From: Thermoplasmata archaeon
GTDB lineage: Archaea > Thermoplasmatota > Thermoplasmata > Lutacidiplasmatales > UBA184
Assembly (NCBI GenBank): GCA_030038655.1
Contig: JASHSP010000118.1
Span: 1 to 62,167, forward strand
Reading direction: 5' to 3'
DNA length: 62,167 bases
In this document: positions 17,941-25,465 of the stretch, one piece after another
Layout of the letters: every line of letters begins with the position of its first letter
Numbering within the stretch: position 1 is the first letter of the stretch
The notes under the pieces: generated by a model
Database searches by the model: none
What the model was told of the DNA's origin: nothing
What the model saw: the letters and a program-made list of their open reading frames with translations, nothing else
Translations under genes and position numbers: made by a program

Positions 17941-18216
17941 TTAGGACGAGTTCTCTCTACTGGGAGACGTTTGAGATTGCTTCTTCGCCTCTGGGGCGGG
18001 TTGGCCAGCATTAACCAAAAACTGAAGGGGGTCCACAGGTGTTGGGGTTATCCCTGACGGACGGACTGGGAACTGAATTGCTGGCATGCGTTCAGCATGC
18101 TTCTGCCATGTATCGTCAACGACATTCGAAATGTGTATGGAGGCGGTCAACGTAGACGACGCCAAATCGAGGCTCTCTTGCGCGAGCTTCTTCGGGCGTT
18201 CTATTGAGACCACCAT
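17941..18216 (-). CDS. Hypothetical protein (weak call)
   Basis: The 91-aa ORF starts 11 nt after the stop of the 18228-18851 gene, with GAGGT/AGGGG purine runs upstream. The N-terminal half looks helical and the C-terminal half is low complexity. No family is recognised. Confidence 0.25.
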   Translation of the reverse strand: MVVSIERPKKLAQESLDLASSTLTASIHISNVVDDTWQKHAERMPAIQFPVRPSGITPTPVDPLQFLVNAGQPAPEAKKQSQTSPSRENSS

Positions 18217-18227
18217 GCGATCTGCCC

Positions 18228-18851
18228 CTAGACCTCTAGGTCTCCAGGCTCTAAGAGGGCTTCTAGCTTCGCTTTCAGTTCAGCATCGCTCTCTGTCGCT
18301 TGGAGAACTTTCCCGCGGAATGAGAATGCGCTGCTCGCCTTCTTAAGCCGTTGTCCAGCGTCAACGAGCGCTGGTCGAACCTGGGCTTCGCGCGCTTGGG
18401 CGGAAGCCGCCAGCTTCACGCTCGACGCAGCGCTCTCCGCGACAGCAGCCTGCGTCGCCCCAGTCATTGCGTCACGGACATCTGAGGTGGACTTGGCTCC
18501 GAAGTAGTAGCCGATGACCCCGCCGAGAACTCCGGCGACTACCGCGGCAAACGCCTGTGCAGCCGGAACGGAAACCCAGATCGCTAGATAGATGATAGTC
18601 CCGAGAGAAGCAAAGACGATGAACCCCGCGAGCAGATCCTGCATCAGCGAGCTCGACCCACTTCCCCCAGTCCTCGGGGTCGCACGCGAACCGAAGGCAT
18701 CGTAACCGAGAAGAGCTGCACCAGTCACTGCCACGAGGGCCAGCCCAGTGACCCCCGCTCCTCTCCAACCCCAGTAGATCCCCCCCAGGGTCGTCGTAGC
18801 CACGATCGCAAGCGTGGCCCCAGCTATCGAGAGTCGAGGGACGGTCGCCAC
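18228..18851 (-). CDS. Hypothetical membrane protein (4 predicted TM helices plus Ala-rich helical C-terminal domain)
   Basis: It is 207 aa. The hydrophobic helices are LSIAGATLAIVATTTLGGIYWGW, VTGLALVAVTGAALLGY, LLAGFIVFASLGTIIYLAIWV and FAAVVAGVLGGVIGYYFG. It has a GTG start, with GGTATAGTAG on the minus strand ~25 nt upstream. No family is recognised. Confidence 0.6.
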   Translation of the reverse strand: MATVPRLSIAGATLAIVATTTLGGIYWGWRGAGVTGLALVAVTGAALLGYDAFGSRATPRTGGSGSSSLMQDLLAGFIVFASLGTIIYLAIWVSVPAAQAFAAVVAGVLGGVIGYYFGAKSTSDVRDAMTGATQAAVAESAASSVKLAASAQAREAQVRPALVDAGQRLKKASSAFSFRGKVLQATESDAELKAKLEALLEPGDLEV

Positions 18852-19059
18852 TCGGCCATGTAAGGCACACTACTATACCGACTTTTCGTGACGGAGATTC
18901 TGTTCAGTAGTCGGGACTTAGGAGTCGGACAGGCGTGCGCGTTCAAAGTCGGGACCTGCCGCCTCTCGACGGCCTTGTAGGTTAAGCCTCGTAGCGGTGG
19001 CCTTTCTCCTACAGTCCTCTTGAATCTCCTACAGCGCGGCTTTGGACCCGCCTGCCTCG

Positions 19060-19551
19060 CTAGAACTCTTGGGGGGGAATGAGGTCCTTGACGGTCTTCT
19101 GAAAGCTCTTGGTGTAGTACTCCTCCCAAAGCCGGCCTACCTCTCTCTCGGTGAGACCCAAGGCGTAAGCCGGTGACACCAGGGGAGCGATGCGCTCCAC
19201 CTTGACGAAAGCCACGGCCCGAATCCTGCCAGTATCTGCTCCCTCGGCACGGTACATCTCCATAGCCTTCGAGTAGTCTGGCCCTGAACGGAGCACCGTG
19301 CCGGTACCGCTGAACCGGTACCCCTTGCGAGTGTATGGATCGACCACATTTACCTCGGTCCTGGGGTTGGACTCGAGGTTCCGAATCGTGTTCGCTGAGT
19401 CTATATCCACCCAAACCAAGTGATCATCGCCCCAGACCCTAACCGACCCCTTGGGCGAAACGCGCGGCCAACCATCCGGCGAGATTGTGGCGATATACGC
19501 GAGTCGCTGCTCGGTCACCATACGTTTGACGTCCTTGGGTATGAGCGTCAT
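19060..19551 (-). CDS. Pyridoxamine 5'-phosphate oxidase-like FMN/F420-binding split-barrel protein
   Basis: It is 163 aa. RLAYIATISPDGWPRVSPKGSVRVWGDDHLVWVDIDSANTIRNLESNPRTEVNVVD fits the PNPOx-like family pattern (putative flavin- or deazaflavin-dependent reductase). Confidence 0.8.
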   Translation of the reverse strand: MTLIPKDVKRMVTEQRLAYIATISPDGWPRVSPKGSVRVWGDDHLVWVDIDSANTIRNLESNPRTEVNVVDPYTRKGYRFSGTGTVLRSGPDYSKAMEMYRAEGADTGRIRAVAFVKVERIAPLVSPAYALGLTEREVGRLWEEYYTKSFQKTVKDLIPPQEF

Positions 19552-19669
19552 GAGATTCTCTTACACCAAACCCGCCCGCCAGGTGATTTTCCCACAGCGG
19601 GGTTTTCTCCTACACAGCCGCACAGGGGCGAGAGGCCACCAGGGCGGTCTTTCGCCCTGCATATCACAT

Positions 19670-20518
19670 CTACGGCCGAATCTCGTACAGGTCATAGCTT
19701 GGCGCTGACCCTAACGAGGAGTCACCACCTCCACTCGACTTTGACGGTGCCAAGGACGGAAGCGCCTTGCCAAGTGCTGCGAGACCCAGTGCGTAGAACC
19801 TGGCGGGGTTCGATGGATCCCAAACCCCGACGAGCAGAGCTGACGCGCCGAAGACTAGGAAGAGCATGCTCTCCGTCCCGCGAGAGGAAAAACTGGAGTC
19901 GTCATCGCTTTTGAACGCTTCATCAGTGGAATGCACCGAAATGTACCCATCTTCGGCGAGGTCAATTACGCTCTTCGCGACAAAAGCTGCGCCAACGAGC
20001 GCGAGCATGACCCAGATTGGGTAGTTTGCGCCGCGAAGCAAGTTGAATGTTAGAAGCAATCCAGCAGCTGCCGATAGAAGCAACATTTGGCCATCAGCCA
20101 ATCCGTCTAGGAAGTGAGTGAGCCCGGTGCCGTAGGCCACCGGATCCTGAGAGTGCTCCATCTTCTGTGCGTCCGCAAGGAATGCATCGGGCGGAGAATC
20201 CGGGGTCTTGTCATTGGCTTCGGGCTTTGGTTCATGGCGCTGGGGCCATCGGATGAGCATGTCCCGAAGCTCGCGGCAAATCGATGGGGCAGACTTTCCT
20301 ACTGCAGCGACCACTATCCCAAAGATCGCGGCGTCTGAACTGTTCAGGACGCCAGCGATAGTGGCGACCAGACCACCGGCAGCCAGGGCGCCATCCTCAA
20401 TCGAGGCAATGAAGGCATTCTCAGCTGTCCGTCGGTCTATGTCCGTGTCAGGTCGTGGCTTCCTTGGGAGTAGTCTGCCGCGGAGGACGTGGGGCGGATT
20501 CTCGTCCGTAGCAGCCAT
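19670..20518 (-). CDS. Hypothetical polytopic membrane protein
   Basis: It is 282 aa with about six hydrophobic segments (for example GGLVATIAGVL, MLLLSAAAGLLLTF, YPIWVMLALVGAAFVA, MLFLVFGASALLVGVW). The codon usage is protein-like. No family is recognised. Confidence 0.6.
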   Translation of the reverse strand: MAATDENPPHVLRGRLLPRKPRPDTDIDRRTAENAFIASIEDGALAAGGLVATIAGVLNSSDAAIFGIVVAAVGKSAPSICRELRDMLIRWPQRHEPKPEANDKTPDSPPDAFLADAQKMEHSQDPVAYGTGLTHFLDGLADGQMLLLSAAAGLLLTFNLLRGANYPIWVMLALVGAAFVAKSVIDLAEDGYISVHSTDEAFKSDDDSSFSSRGTESMLFLVFGASALLVGVWDPSNPARFYALGLAALGKALPSLAPSKSSGGGDSSLGSAPSYDLYEIRP

Positions 20519-20550
20519 TGGACCGCGTTCTCCTCTTCGGAATTCGCTTC

Positions 20551-20560
20551 GGCGTATTTA
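20551..20560 (-). promoter_or_regulatory. TATA-like box TAAATACGCC of the 19670-20518 gene
   Basis: Plus-strand ggcgtattta reads TAAATACGCC on the minus strand, 32 nt upstream of the ATG at 20518. It is the identical 10-mer to the tfb box at 20881-20890. Confidence 0.45.
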
Positions 20561-20771
20561 GGCTTGGAATACAATGATGATAAACCCGTCATCGAATCGG
20601 CACCCTGCGGCCGCTTTAGTACCCCGTCCTAGAGCATCCCATGAAGGGCTTGTGAGAAGTCCCGCTTCATCGCTAATCGGCGCTCGATTTCGTTCCCTTC
20701 TGCTTGGGGTATTATGCCCACCTCGAGTTCTCCTTCCGGTCGATTCCCGATTAAAATCACAGGGGAACGAA

Positions 20772-20810
20772 TAGAATCACAAGGCGCCTGATTCGCCGAC
20801 TAAAATCCCA
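20772..20810 (+). repeat. Right copy of the imperfect direct repeat at the island edge
   Basis: The sequence is tagaatcacaaggcgcctgattcgccgactaaaatccca; see 17663-17697. A further motif copy, taaaatcacagg, lies at 20752-20763. Confidence 0.45.
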
Positions 20811-20876
20811 AAGCCGTGCTACGCCGGCGCTTGGTGTAGCAACTGTATACTACAAGCGCGACAAGGTTGGGATGAA

Positions 20877-20888
20877 GGTATAAATACG
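20877..20888 (+). promoter_or_regulatory. TATA box of tfb
   Basis: ggtataaatacg is the best TATA-like sequence in the window. It ends 27 nt upstream of the ATG at 20916, which suggests a leaderless or short-leader transcript. Confidence 0.55.
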
Positions 20889-20915
20889 CCCCCCGGTTAC
20901 GGAAGCGCAGAAGCT

Positions 20916-22007
20916 ATGAAGCCCAATGTCGCGGCCCCCGCGAGCGTCCGCTCCCGCACTCCCTCGAAGCCGGCTCCCAAGGCTACCTCCTTGTCGGGGG
21001 CCAAGCCCGCGCCGGCGGCCCCCACGTCGGACCTGTGTCCGAACTGCGGGTCTTCGCACCTCATCCGGGACGAGATCCGGGGCGAGATCGTGTGCGCCGA
21101 CTGCGGGCTCGTGGTCGACCAGAGCGCTCTCGTCAGCGACCGCGGCCAGCGGGGGTCGAAGGAGGATACCGGGCGCGAGGCTCGCGGTTGGGGTCCGGTC
21201 ATCTCGCCGCTCATGCCGGACAAGGGGCTGTTCAGCGAGATCGGGGTTCCGACCCGCGACTTCCAGGGGAACTCGCTGTCCCGCAACACCTCCCTCAAGT
21301 TCTACCATCTGCGGAAGCTCAACCACCGACTCCGTGCGGCCCGCACCCACCAGCGCAACCTCGTGGTCGCCCTGGGCGAGCTGAACCGGCTCGCCGGCGT
21401 GCTCGGGCTGTCGCGGGAAGTGAAGGAGTCGGCGACGTACATCTACCGCCGGGCCCTGGAGCACAAAGCGACCCGCGGCAAGAAGATCGTGGCGCTCGTC
21501 GCCGCCAGCGTCTACGCGGCGTGCCGGCAGTGCCACGTTCCGCGGACGATGAAGGAGATCATCGCCCACTCGAAGGCGACCAAGATCGAGGTGGGTCGCG
21601 CGTACACGCTCCTCGCCCGCGAGCTGAAGCTCGGACTCAAGCCGGTCGAGCCGCGCGACTACCTGGTCCGGTTCACGCAGGACCTGAATCTCTCCAAGGA
21701 GGTCCGGCAGAAGGTGCTCGAGCTGCTCGAGCAGGTGGAGCAGGTCTACTCTACCAGCGGGGTGCTGCCGAACGGCATCCTCGCGACCATCATCTACATC
21801 GCGTCGAACCTAATGGGGGAGCCGCGGAGTCAGGACCGGATCGCTGCGGTCGCGAACGTCACGCCGGTGACGATCCGCAACCACTACAAGGAGCTCCTCG
21901 ACCTCCTCGGGCTCCCGAAGAACCTCGCCAACCCCCAGGCCCGGGGAACGCTCCCCGCGGACACGGGGGAGAAGCTGGCGGCCGACGCGGCCGCCGCCGG
22001 CCACTGA
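20916..22007 (+). CDS. tfb: Transcription initiation factor IIB (TFB)
   Basis: It has the zinc ribbon CPNCGSSHLIRDEIRGEIVCADCG, a B-reader/linker and two cyclin-like repeats (RKLNHRLRAAR..., ATRGKKIVALVAASVYAACR...). A ~40-aa basic Ala/Pro/Ser/Lys-rich N-terminal extension precedes the ribbon. Confidence 0.95.
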   Translation: MKPNVAAPASVRSRTPSKPAPKATSLSGAKPAPAAPTSDLCPNCGSSHLIRDEIRGEIVCADCGLVVDQSALVSDRGQRGSKEDTGREARGWGPVISPLMPDKGLFSEIGVPTRDFQGNSLSRNTSLKFYHLRKLNHRLRAARTHQRNLVVALGELNRLAGVLGLSREVKESATYIYRRALEHKATRGKKIVALVAASVYAACRQCHVPRTMKEIIAHSKATKIEVGRAYTLLARELKLGLKPVEPRDYLVRFTQDLNLSKEVRQKVLELLEQVEQVYSTSGVLPNGILATIIYIASNLMGEPRSQDRIAAVANVTPVTIRNHYKELLDLLGLPKNLANPQARGTLPADTGEKLAADAAAAGH

Positions 22008-22073
22008 GCCGACCCTCCGCCGCCGGGACCCGTCGCCCGGAAGGGAGATGAACCCGGGGCGGGCTCGCCGAAC

Positions 22074-23279
22074 GTGCCGGCCCCGTCCGCGCTCAGTTAC
22101 TCGTCGTACCGGACGTACCTCGAGTGTCCCCTGCGCTGGAAATACCTCTACGTAGAGCACCGTCCGGAGCTCCCGCGCGGGTACTTCACGTTCGGACGGG
22201 TGATCCACTCGGTCCTCGAGGAGATCGTCCGCCCGTTCGTCGTGCCGGCGCCGCGGCGGCCGGGATCCGGCGACGGGCAGAAGACCCTGGACGACTGGTC
22301 CGCGGGGTCGTTGGCGGCCACGCCGCCGCGCGCCCTGACGACCGAGGAGCTCCTGGCCGCGTACGACCGCGCCTGGTCGGGCGAAGGGTACTCGGGGCCC
22401 GACGAGGAAGGACGGTACCGGGCTCTGGGCCGCGACCTGCTCGTCCGGTTCCATGACCAGTTCGCCCGGCACCCGGTCGTCCCCGTGGCCGTCGAGGAGC
22501 ACCTGGAGGCCCGGTGGGACGGGATTCCCCTCCACGGTTACATCGATCGGATCGACCGAACCCCGACCGGGGGCCTGGAGATCGTCGACTACAAGACGTC
22601 GCGGGAGCTCTCCGCCGAGGACGCGCGGGACTCCGACCAGCTCAGCATCTACCAGGTCCTGGTCGAGAGCAACTACGCCGAACCGGTCGAGCGGCTGACG
22701 CTGCTCCATCTGCGCTCCCTCGTACCGCACCGCACCGCCGCCCGGACCCGGACCGCGCTCGACCCGCTGCACACGCGCCTCGGCGCGGTCGCGGACGGCA
22801 TCCGCGAGCAGGCGTTCGAACCCACCCCCGGCCGCCACTGCACCCGGTGCGATTTCCGGTCGATCTGCCCCGAGTTCCGGACGGTTCCACCGCCCGAGGA
22901 AGCACGGCTGGCCGCTCTGGTGGACCGGTTCGAGTCGTTGCGGGCGGACGAGCGCCGGCTCAACAGCGAGCTCGCCCGGGCCGCGGAGGAGCTGCATCAT
23001 GCGGCGGAGTCGCTGGGACTCCACCGGGTCCCCGGTACTCGGGCCGTGGCGATCCGGCGCCGGGAGGAGGCCTGGCAGTATTCCCTCGACTCCGTCCGGC
23101 CGCTCCTCAAGGCCGCGGGTGTCTCCGGGCGGCTCGGGCAGGAATCCTCGGACGATGTTCGCCGCCTCCTGAGGGACACCGAGGTGCCGGCGGAGATCCG
23201 CCGCAAGGTTGCGGAGACCGGGTCGCGGCGGGTGCGGTGGTACTGGGAGCTCGACACCGGGAGCGGCGACCCCCGCTGA
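22074..23279 (+). CDS. PD-(D/E)XK (RecB/Cas4-like) nuclease with Fe-S cysteine cluster and ~120-aa C-terminal helical extension
   Basis: The N-terminus carries LSYSSYRTYLECPLRWKY, followed by FGRVIHSVLE and GYIDRIDRTPTGGLEIVDYKTS (the D...E-x-K core), then QLSIYQ. The Cys triad CTRCDFRSIC together with the N-terminal C matches the Cas4/AddB-type 4-Cys pattern. The start is GTG. Confidence 0.8.
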   Translation: MPAPSALSYSSYRTYLECPLRWKYLYVEHRPELPRGYFTFGRVIHSVLEEIVRPFVVPAPRRPGSGDGQKTLDDWSAGSLAATPPRALTTEELLAAYDRAWSGEGYSGPDEEGRYRALGRDLLVRFHDQFARHPVVPVAVEEHLEARWDGIPLHGYIDRIDRTPTGGLEIVDYKTSRELSAEDARDSDQLSIYQVLVESNYAEPVERLTLLHLRSLVPHRTAARTRTALDPLHTRLGAVADGIREQAFEPTPGRHCTRCDFRSICPEFRTVPPPEEARLAALVDRFESLRADERRLNSELARAAEELHHAAESLGLHRVPGTRAVAIRRREEAWQYSLDSVRPLLKAAGVSGRLGQESSDDVRRLLRDTEVPAEIRRKVAETGSRRVRWYWELDTGSGDPR

Positions 23280-23370
23280 ACGGCCCCGCCGGCCTCCGTC
23301 GGCCACGTCGGAGGTCTCGTCGACGTCGGATTCGCGCAAACGCTATGATACGGTCCCGGTACTCCCCTCT

Positions 23371-24438
23371 ATGGGGATTCCCCTCGCTTCCGAGGCGCGT
23401 CTCGCCTGCCTCCACGACCGGCTCCCGTCCGTCACCACCCTGTGCTCGCACTCGTCCCTCCAGATCTTCCACGGGGCACGGGCGGAGGGGCTCCCGACGC
23501 TCGGGATCTCGGTGGGGAAACCCCCGCGATTCTACGACGCGTTCCCCCGCGGGCGCCCGGACCGGTTCGTCTCGGTGCCCCGGGTGAAGGACCTCAGCGG
23601 GGCCGCCCGGACTCTCCGCGACGCGGGCGCGATCCTCGTGCCCCACGGGTCGTTCGTGGAGTACCTGGGGTCGGAGGCGTTCGGGGCGCTGGACGTTCCG
23701 GTCTTCGGCAATCGCGCCGTCCTGGGGTGGGAGTCCGACCGGCGCAAGGAACGCGAGTGGCTCGACTCCGCCGGCGTCCCGATGCCGAAACGGTACGACG
23801 ACGCCTCGGAGGTCGACGGGCCGGCGATCGTGAAGTACTACGGGGCGAAGGGCGGCAAGGGGTTCTTCCTCGCCAAGAACCGCGAGTCGCTCGCCGATTT
23901 CAAGCCGACCGGACCGTACGTGATCCAGGAGTACGTCCTCGGCACGCGCTACTACATGCACTTCTTCTACTCGCCCCTCTCCGACCGCGGTTACCGGGTC
24001 GGTCACGGCTCGTTGGAGCTGCTCGGCATGGATCGCCGGGACGAAGCGAACATCGACGAGCTCTACAAGATGGGCGCCCAGGAGGAGCTGCTGAAGGCGG
24101 GGATCCGGCCCACGTTCGTCGTCACGGGGAACGTGCCGGTCATCCTGCGCGAGTCGCTGCTGGAGAAGGCGTTCGACGTCGCGGCCCGCATCGTGGAGCG
24201 GTCGATCGAGCTGTTCGGCGGCATGGTCGGCCCGTTCTGCGTCGAGGGGATCATGACCGAGGAGCTCGAGTTCAAGGTCTTCGAGATCTCCACGCGGATC
24301 GTGGCGGGGACGAACCTGTTCATCGGCGGCAGCCCGTACTCTGACCTGGTCGAGCCCGGCCTCTCGACGGGGCGCCGGATCGCGAAGGAGATCCTGCGCG
24401 CCCGCTCCGAGGGACGGCTCGCCGAAGTACTCAGCTGA
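23371..24438 (+). CDS. purP: 5-formaminoimidazole-4-carboxamide ribonucleotide (FAICAR) synthetase PurP
   Basis: The start is at the internal ATG (aa 55 of the track ORF), 25 nt after a ctatgatac box. TLCSHSSLQIFHGARAEGLPTLGI...VPHGSFVEY...IVKYYGAKGGKGFFL shows the ATP-grasp pattern typical of archaeal PurP. Confidence 0.9.
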   Translation: MGIPLASEARLACLHDRLPSVTTLCSHSSLQIFHGARAEGLPTLGISVGKPPRFYDAFPRGRPDRFVSVPRVKDLSGAARTLRDAGAILVPHGSFVEYLGSEAFGALDVPVFGNRAVLGWESDRRKEREWLDSAGVPMPKRYDDASEVDGPAIVKYYGAKGGKGFFLAKNRESLADFKPTGPYVIQEYVLGTRYYMHFFYSPLSDRGYRVGHGSLELLGMDRRDEANIDELYKMGAQEELLKAGIRPTFVVTGNVPVILRESLLEKAFDVAARIVERSIELFGGMVGPFCVEGIMTEELEFKVFEISTRIVAGTNLFIGGSPYSDLVEPGLSTGRRIAKEILRARSEGRLAEVLS

Positions 24439-24465
24439 GGGCGCGCCGGCCGGCCCGGGCCGGAC

Positions 24466-24476
24466 GCATTAAGAGC
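24466..24476 (+). promoter_or_regulatory. TATA-like box of the ABC exporter operon
   Basis: gcattaagagc ends 26 nt upstream of the ATG at 24503. Confidence 0.4.
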
Positions 24477-24502
24477 GCCGACCTTCTCCCCGTTCGATTT
24501 TC

Positions 24503-25465
24503 ATGTCGGCGGCGATCGTTGCGAAGGGGCTCGGGAAGGTCTACCCCGGCTCCCGCTCCGCCCTGCCGGCCCTCGCGGACCTCTCCCTCGAGGTCCCCTC
24601 GGGCGGGGTCTACGGGCTGATCGGTCGCAACGGCGCCGGGAAGACGACGTTCGTCCGGATCGCGGCCACCCAGCTCAACCCGACCTCAGGGGAGCTCCGG
24701 GTGCTGGGGTATGACGTCGAGGGCGAGGAACGCGCGATCCGGGCCCGCATCGCGTGCGTACCCCAGGAGTCCCGACCGCTCTACTTTCTCCGGGTGGAGG
24801 AGGTCATCTACACGTACCTCAAGATGCGGGGGCTGCCCCCGACCGACGCCCGGCGGCGGACCCACGACGTCCTCGAGGAACTCTCGCTCACGGAGTACCG
24901 GCGCCGGCTCGTCAGCCGGCTCTCGGGGGGCCTGCGGCGCCGCACGATCTGCGCGATGGTCCTCGCGTCCGACGCGGACGTTCTCTTCCTGGACGAGCCG
25001 ACGACCGGGCTCGACCCGCTCGCGCGACGCGAGGTCTGGGAGGCGATCCGGCGCGCCAGCCGGGAGAACCGGACGATCCTGCTGACGACCCACTATCTCG
25101 ACGAGGCCGAGGCGCTCTCCCGGCGGCTCGCGCTGGTCGAGCGGGGGCGCCTGATGCTCGAGGGGTCGCCGGCCGACCTGCGGGGACGCGTGCGGTACCC
25201 CTACCGCGTCACGGTGCAGGGGCGGCTCGGCCGGGCCGACCTCGAGCCGTACGGGAAGGTCTCGGACATCGAGGGCGGGTACCTCGTCTTCACGGGCGAG
25301 TCCGAGGCGCGGGAGCTCGCCCGGCGGGCGCTGGAGGTCGGGGCGCATCTCACGATCGGTCCCGTGAGCTTGGAGGACATCTTCCTGGACGTCGTCGGCC
25401 GCTCGATCGAGGAGGAGACGTCGCCGTCGACGGAGAGCGCCGAGGGCGAGGAGGCGGGCGCATGA
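24503..25465 (+). CDS. ABC transporter ATP-binding protein (ABC-2/DrrA-like)
   Basis: Walker A is GRNGAGKTT, the signature is LSGGLRRR and Walker B is VLFLDEPTTGLD. Confidence 0.9.
   Translation: MSAAIVAKGLGKVYPGSRSALPALADLSLEVPSGGVYGLIGRNGAGKTTFVRIAATQLNPTSGELRVLGYDVEGEERAIRARIACVPQESRPLYFLRVEEVIYTYLKMRGLPPTDARRRTHDVLEELSLTEYRRRLVSRLSGGLRRRTICAMVLASDADVLFLDEPTTGLDPLARREVWEAIRRASRENRTILLTTHYLDEAEALSRRLALVERGRLMLEGSPADLRGRVRYPYRVTVQGRLGRADLEPYGKVSDIEGGYLVFTGESEARELARRALEVGAHLTIGPVSLEDIFLDVVGRSIEEETSPSTESAEGEEAGA

Larger units (their letters stand above)
17100..20860. other. Compositionally atypical (low-G+C), ORF-sparse island
   Basis: Hand counts of single 60-nt lines give ~52-60% G+C inside (lines 17641, 18061, 18541, 19981, 20581) versus ~67-78% outside (lines 15001, 22021). 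It contains long non-coding gaps, and all convincing ORFs are on the minus strand. The boundaries are approximate. Confidence 0.7.

Noticed and set aside
17629-18057. A 142-aa plus-strand ORF (or its internal 100-aa ATG version from 17755) in the ORF-poor left part of the island
   Set aside because: The translation is Arg/Cys/Gly-rich, with no hydrophobic core pattern or motif. I kept the region as a possible ncRNA or decayed sequence rather than a CDS.
17563-18952. An exact 10-mer, TCAAAGTCGG, shared between 17563-17572 and 18943-18952
   Set aside because: A single exact 10-mer match within about 1.3 kb of non-coding DNA is about what chance predicts (on the order of one expected match). 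I did not treat it as a repeat.
18936-18960. A T-loop-like GTTCAAAG that could mark a tRNA fragment or att site inside the island
   Set aside because: The flanking bases (GCGCG and TCGGG) cannot form a T-stem, and no acceptor or anticodon arms are nearby.
20574-20774. A C/D-box sRNA candidate (AATGATGA at 20573-20580) and the 66-aa ORF starting there
   Set aside because: No CTGA D or D' boxes occur at the required spacings, and there is no C' box. The TGATGA is half of a small hairpin (GATGA...TCATC). The ORF translation is not protein-like.
17100-20860. Calling the island an integrated mobile element or provirus
   Set aside because: No integrase, transposase, capsid or replication gene, tRNA target, or perfect att or terminal inverted repeats are visible. 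Only atypical composition and imperfect edge repeats support the idea, so it is reported as an island of unknown origin.
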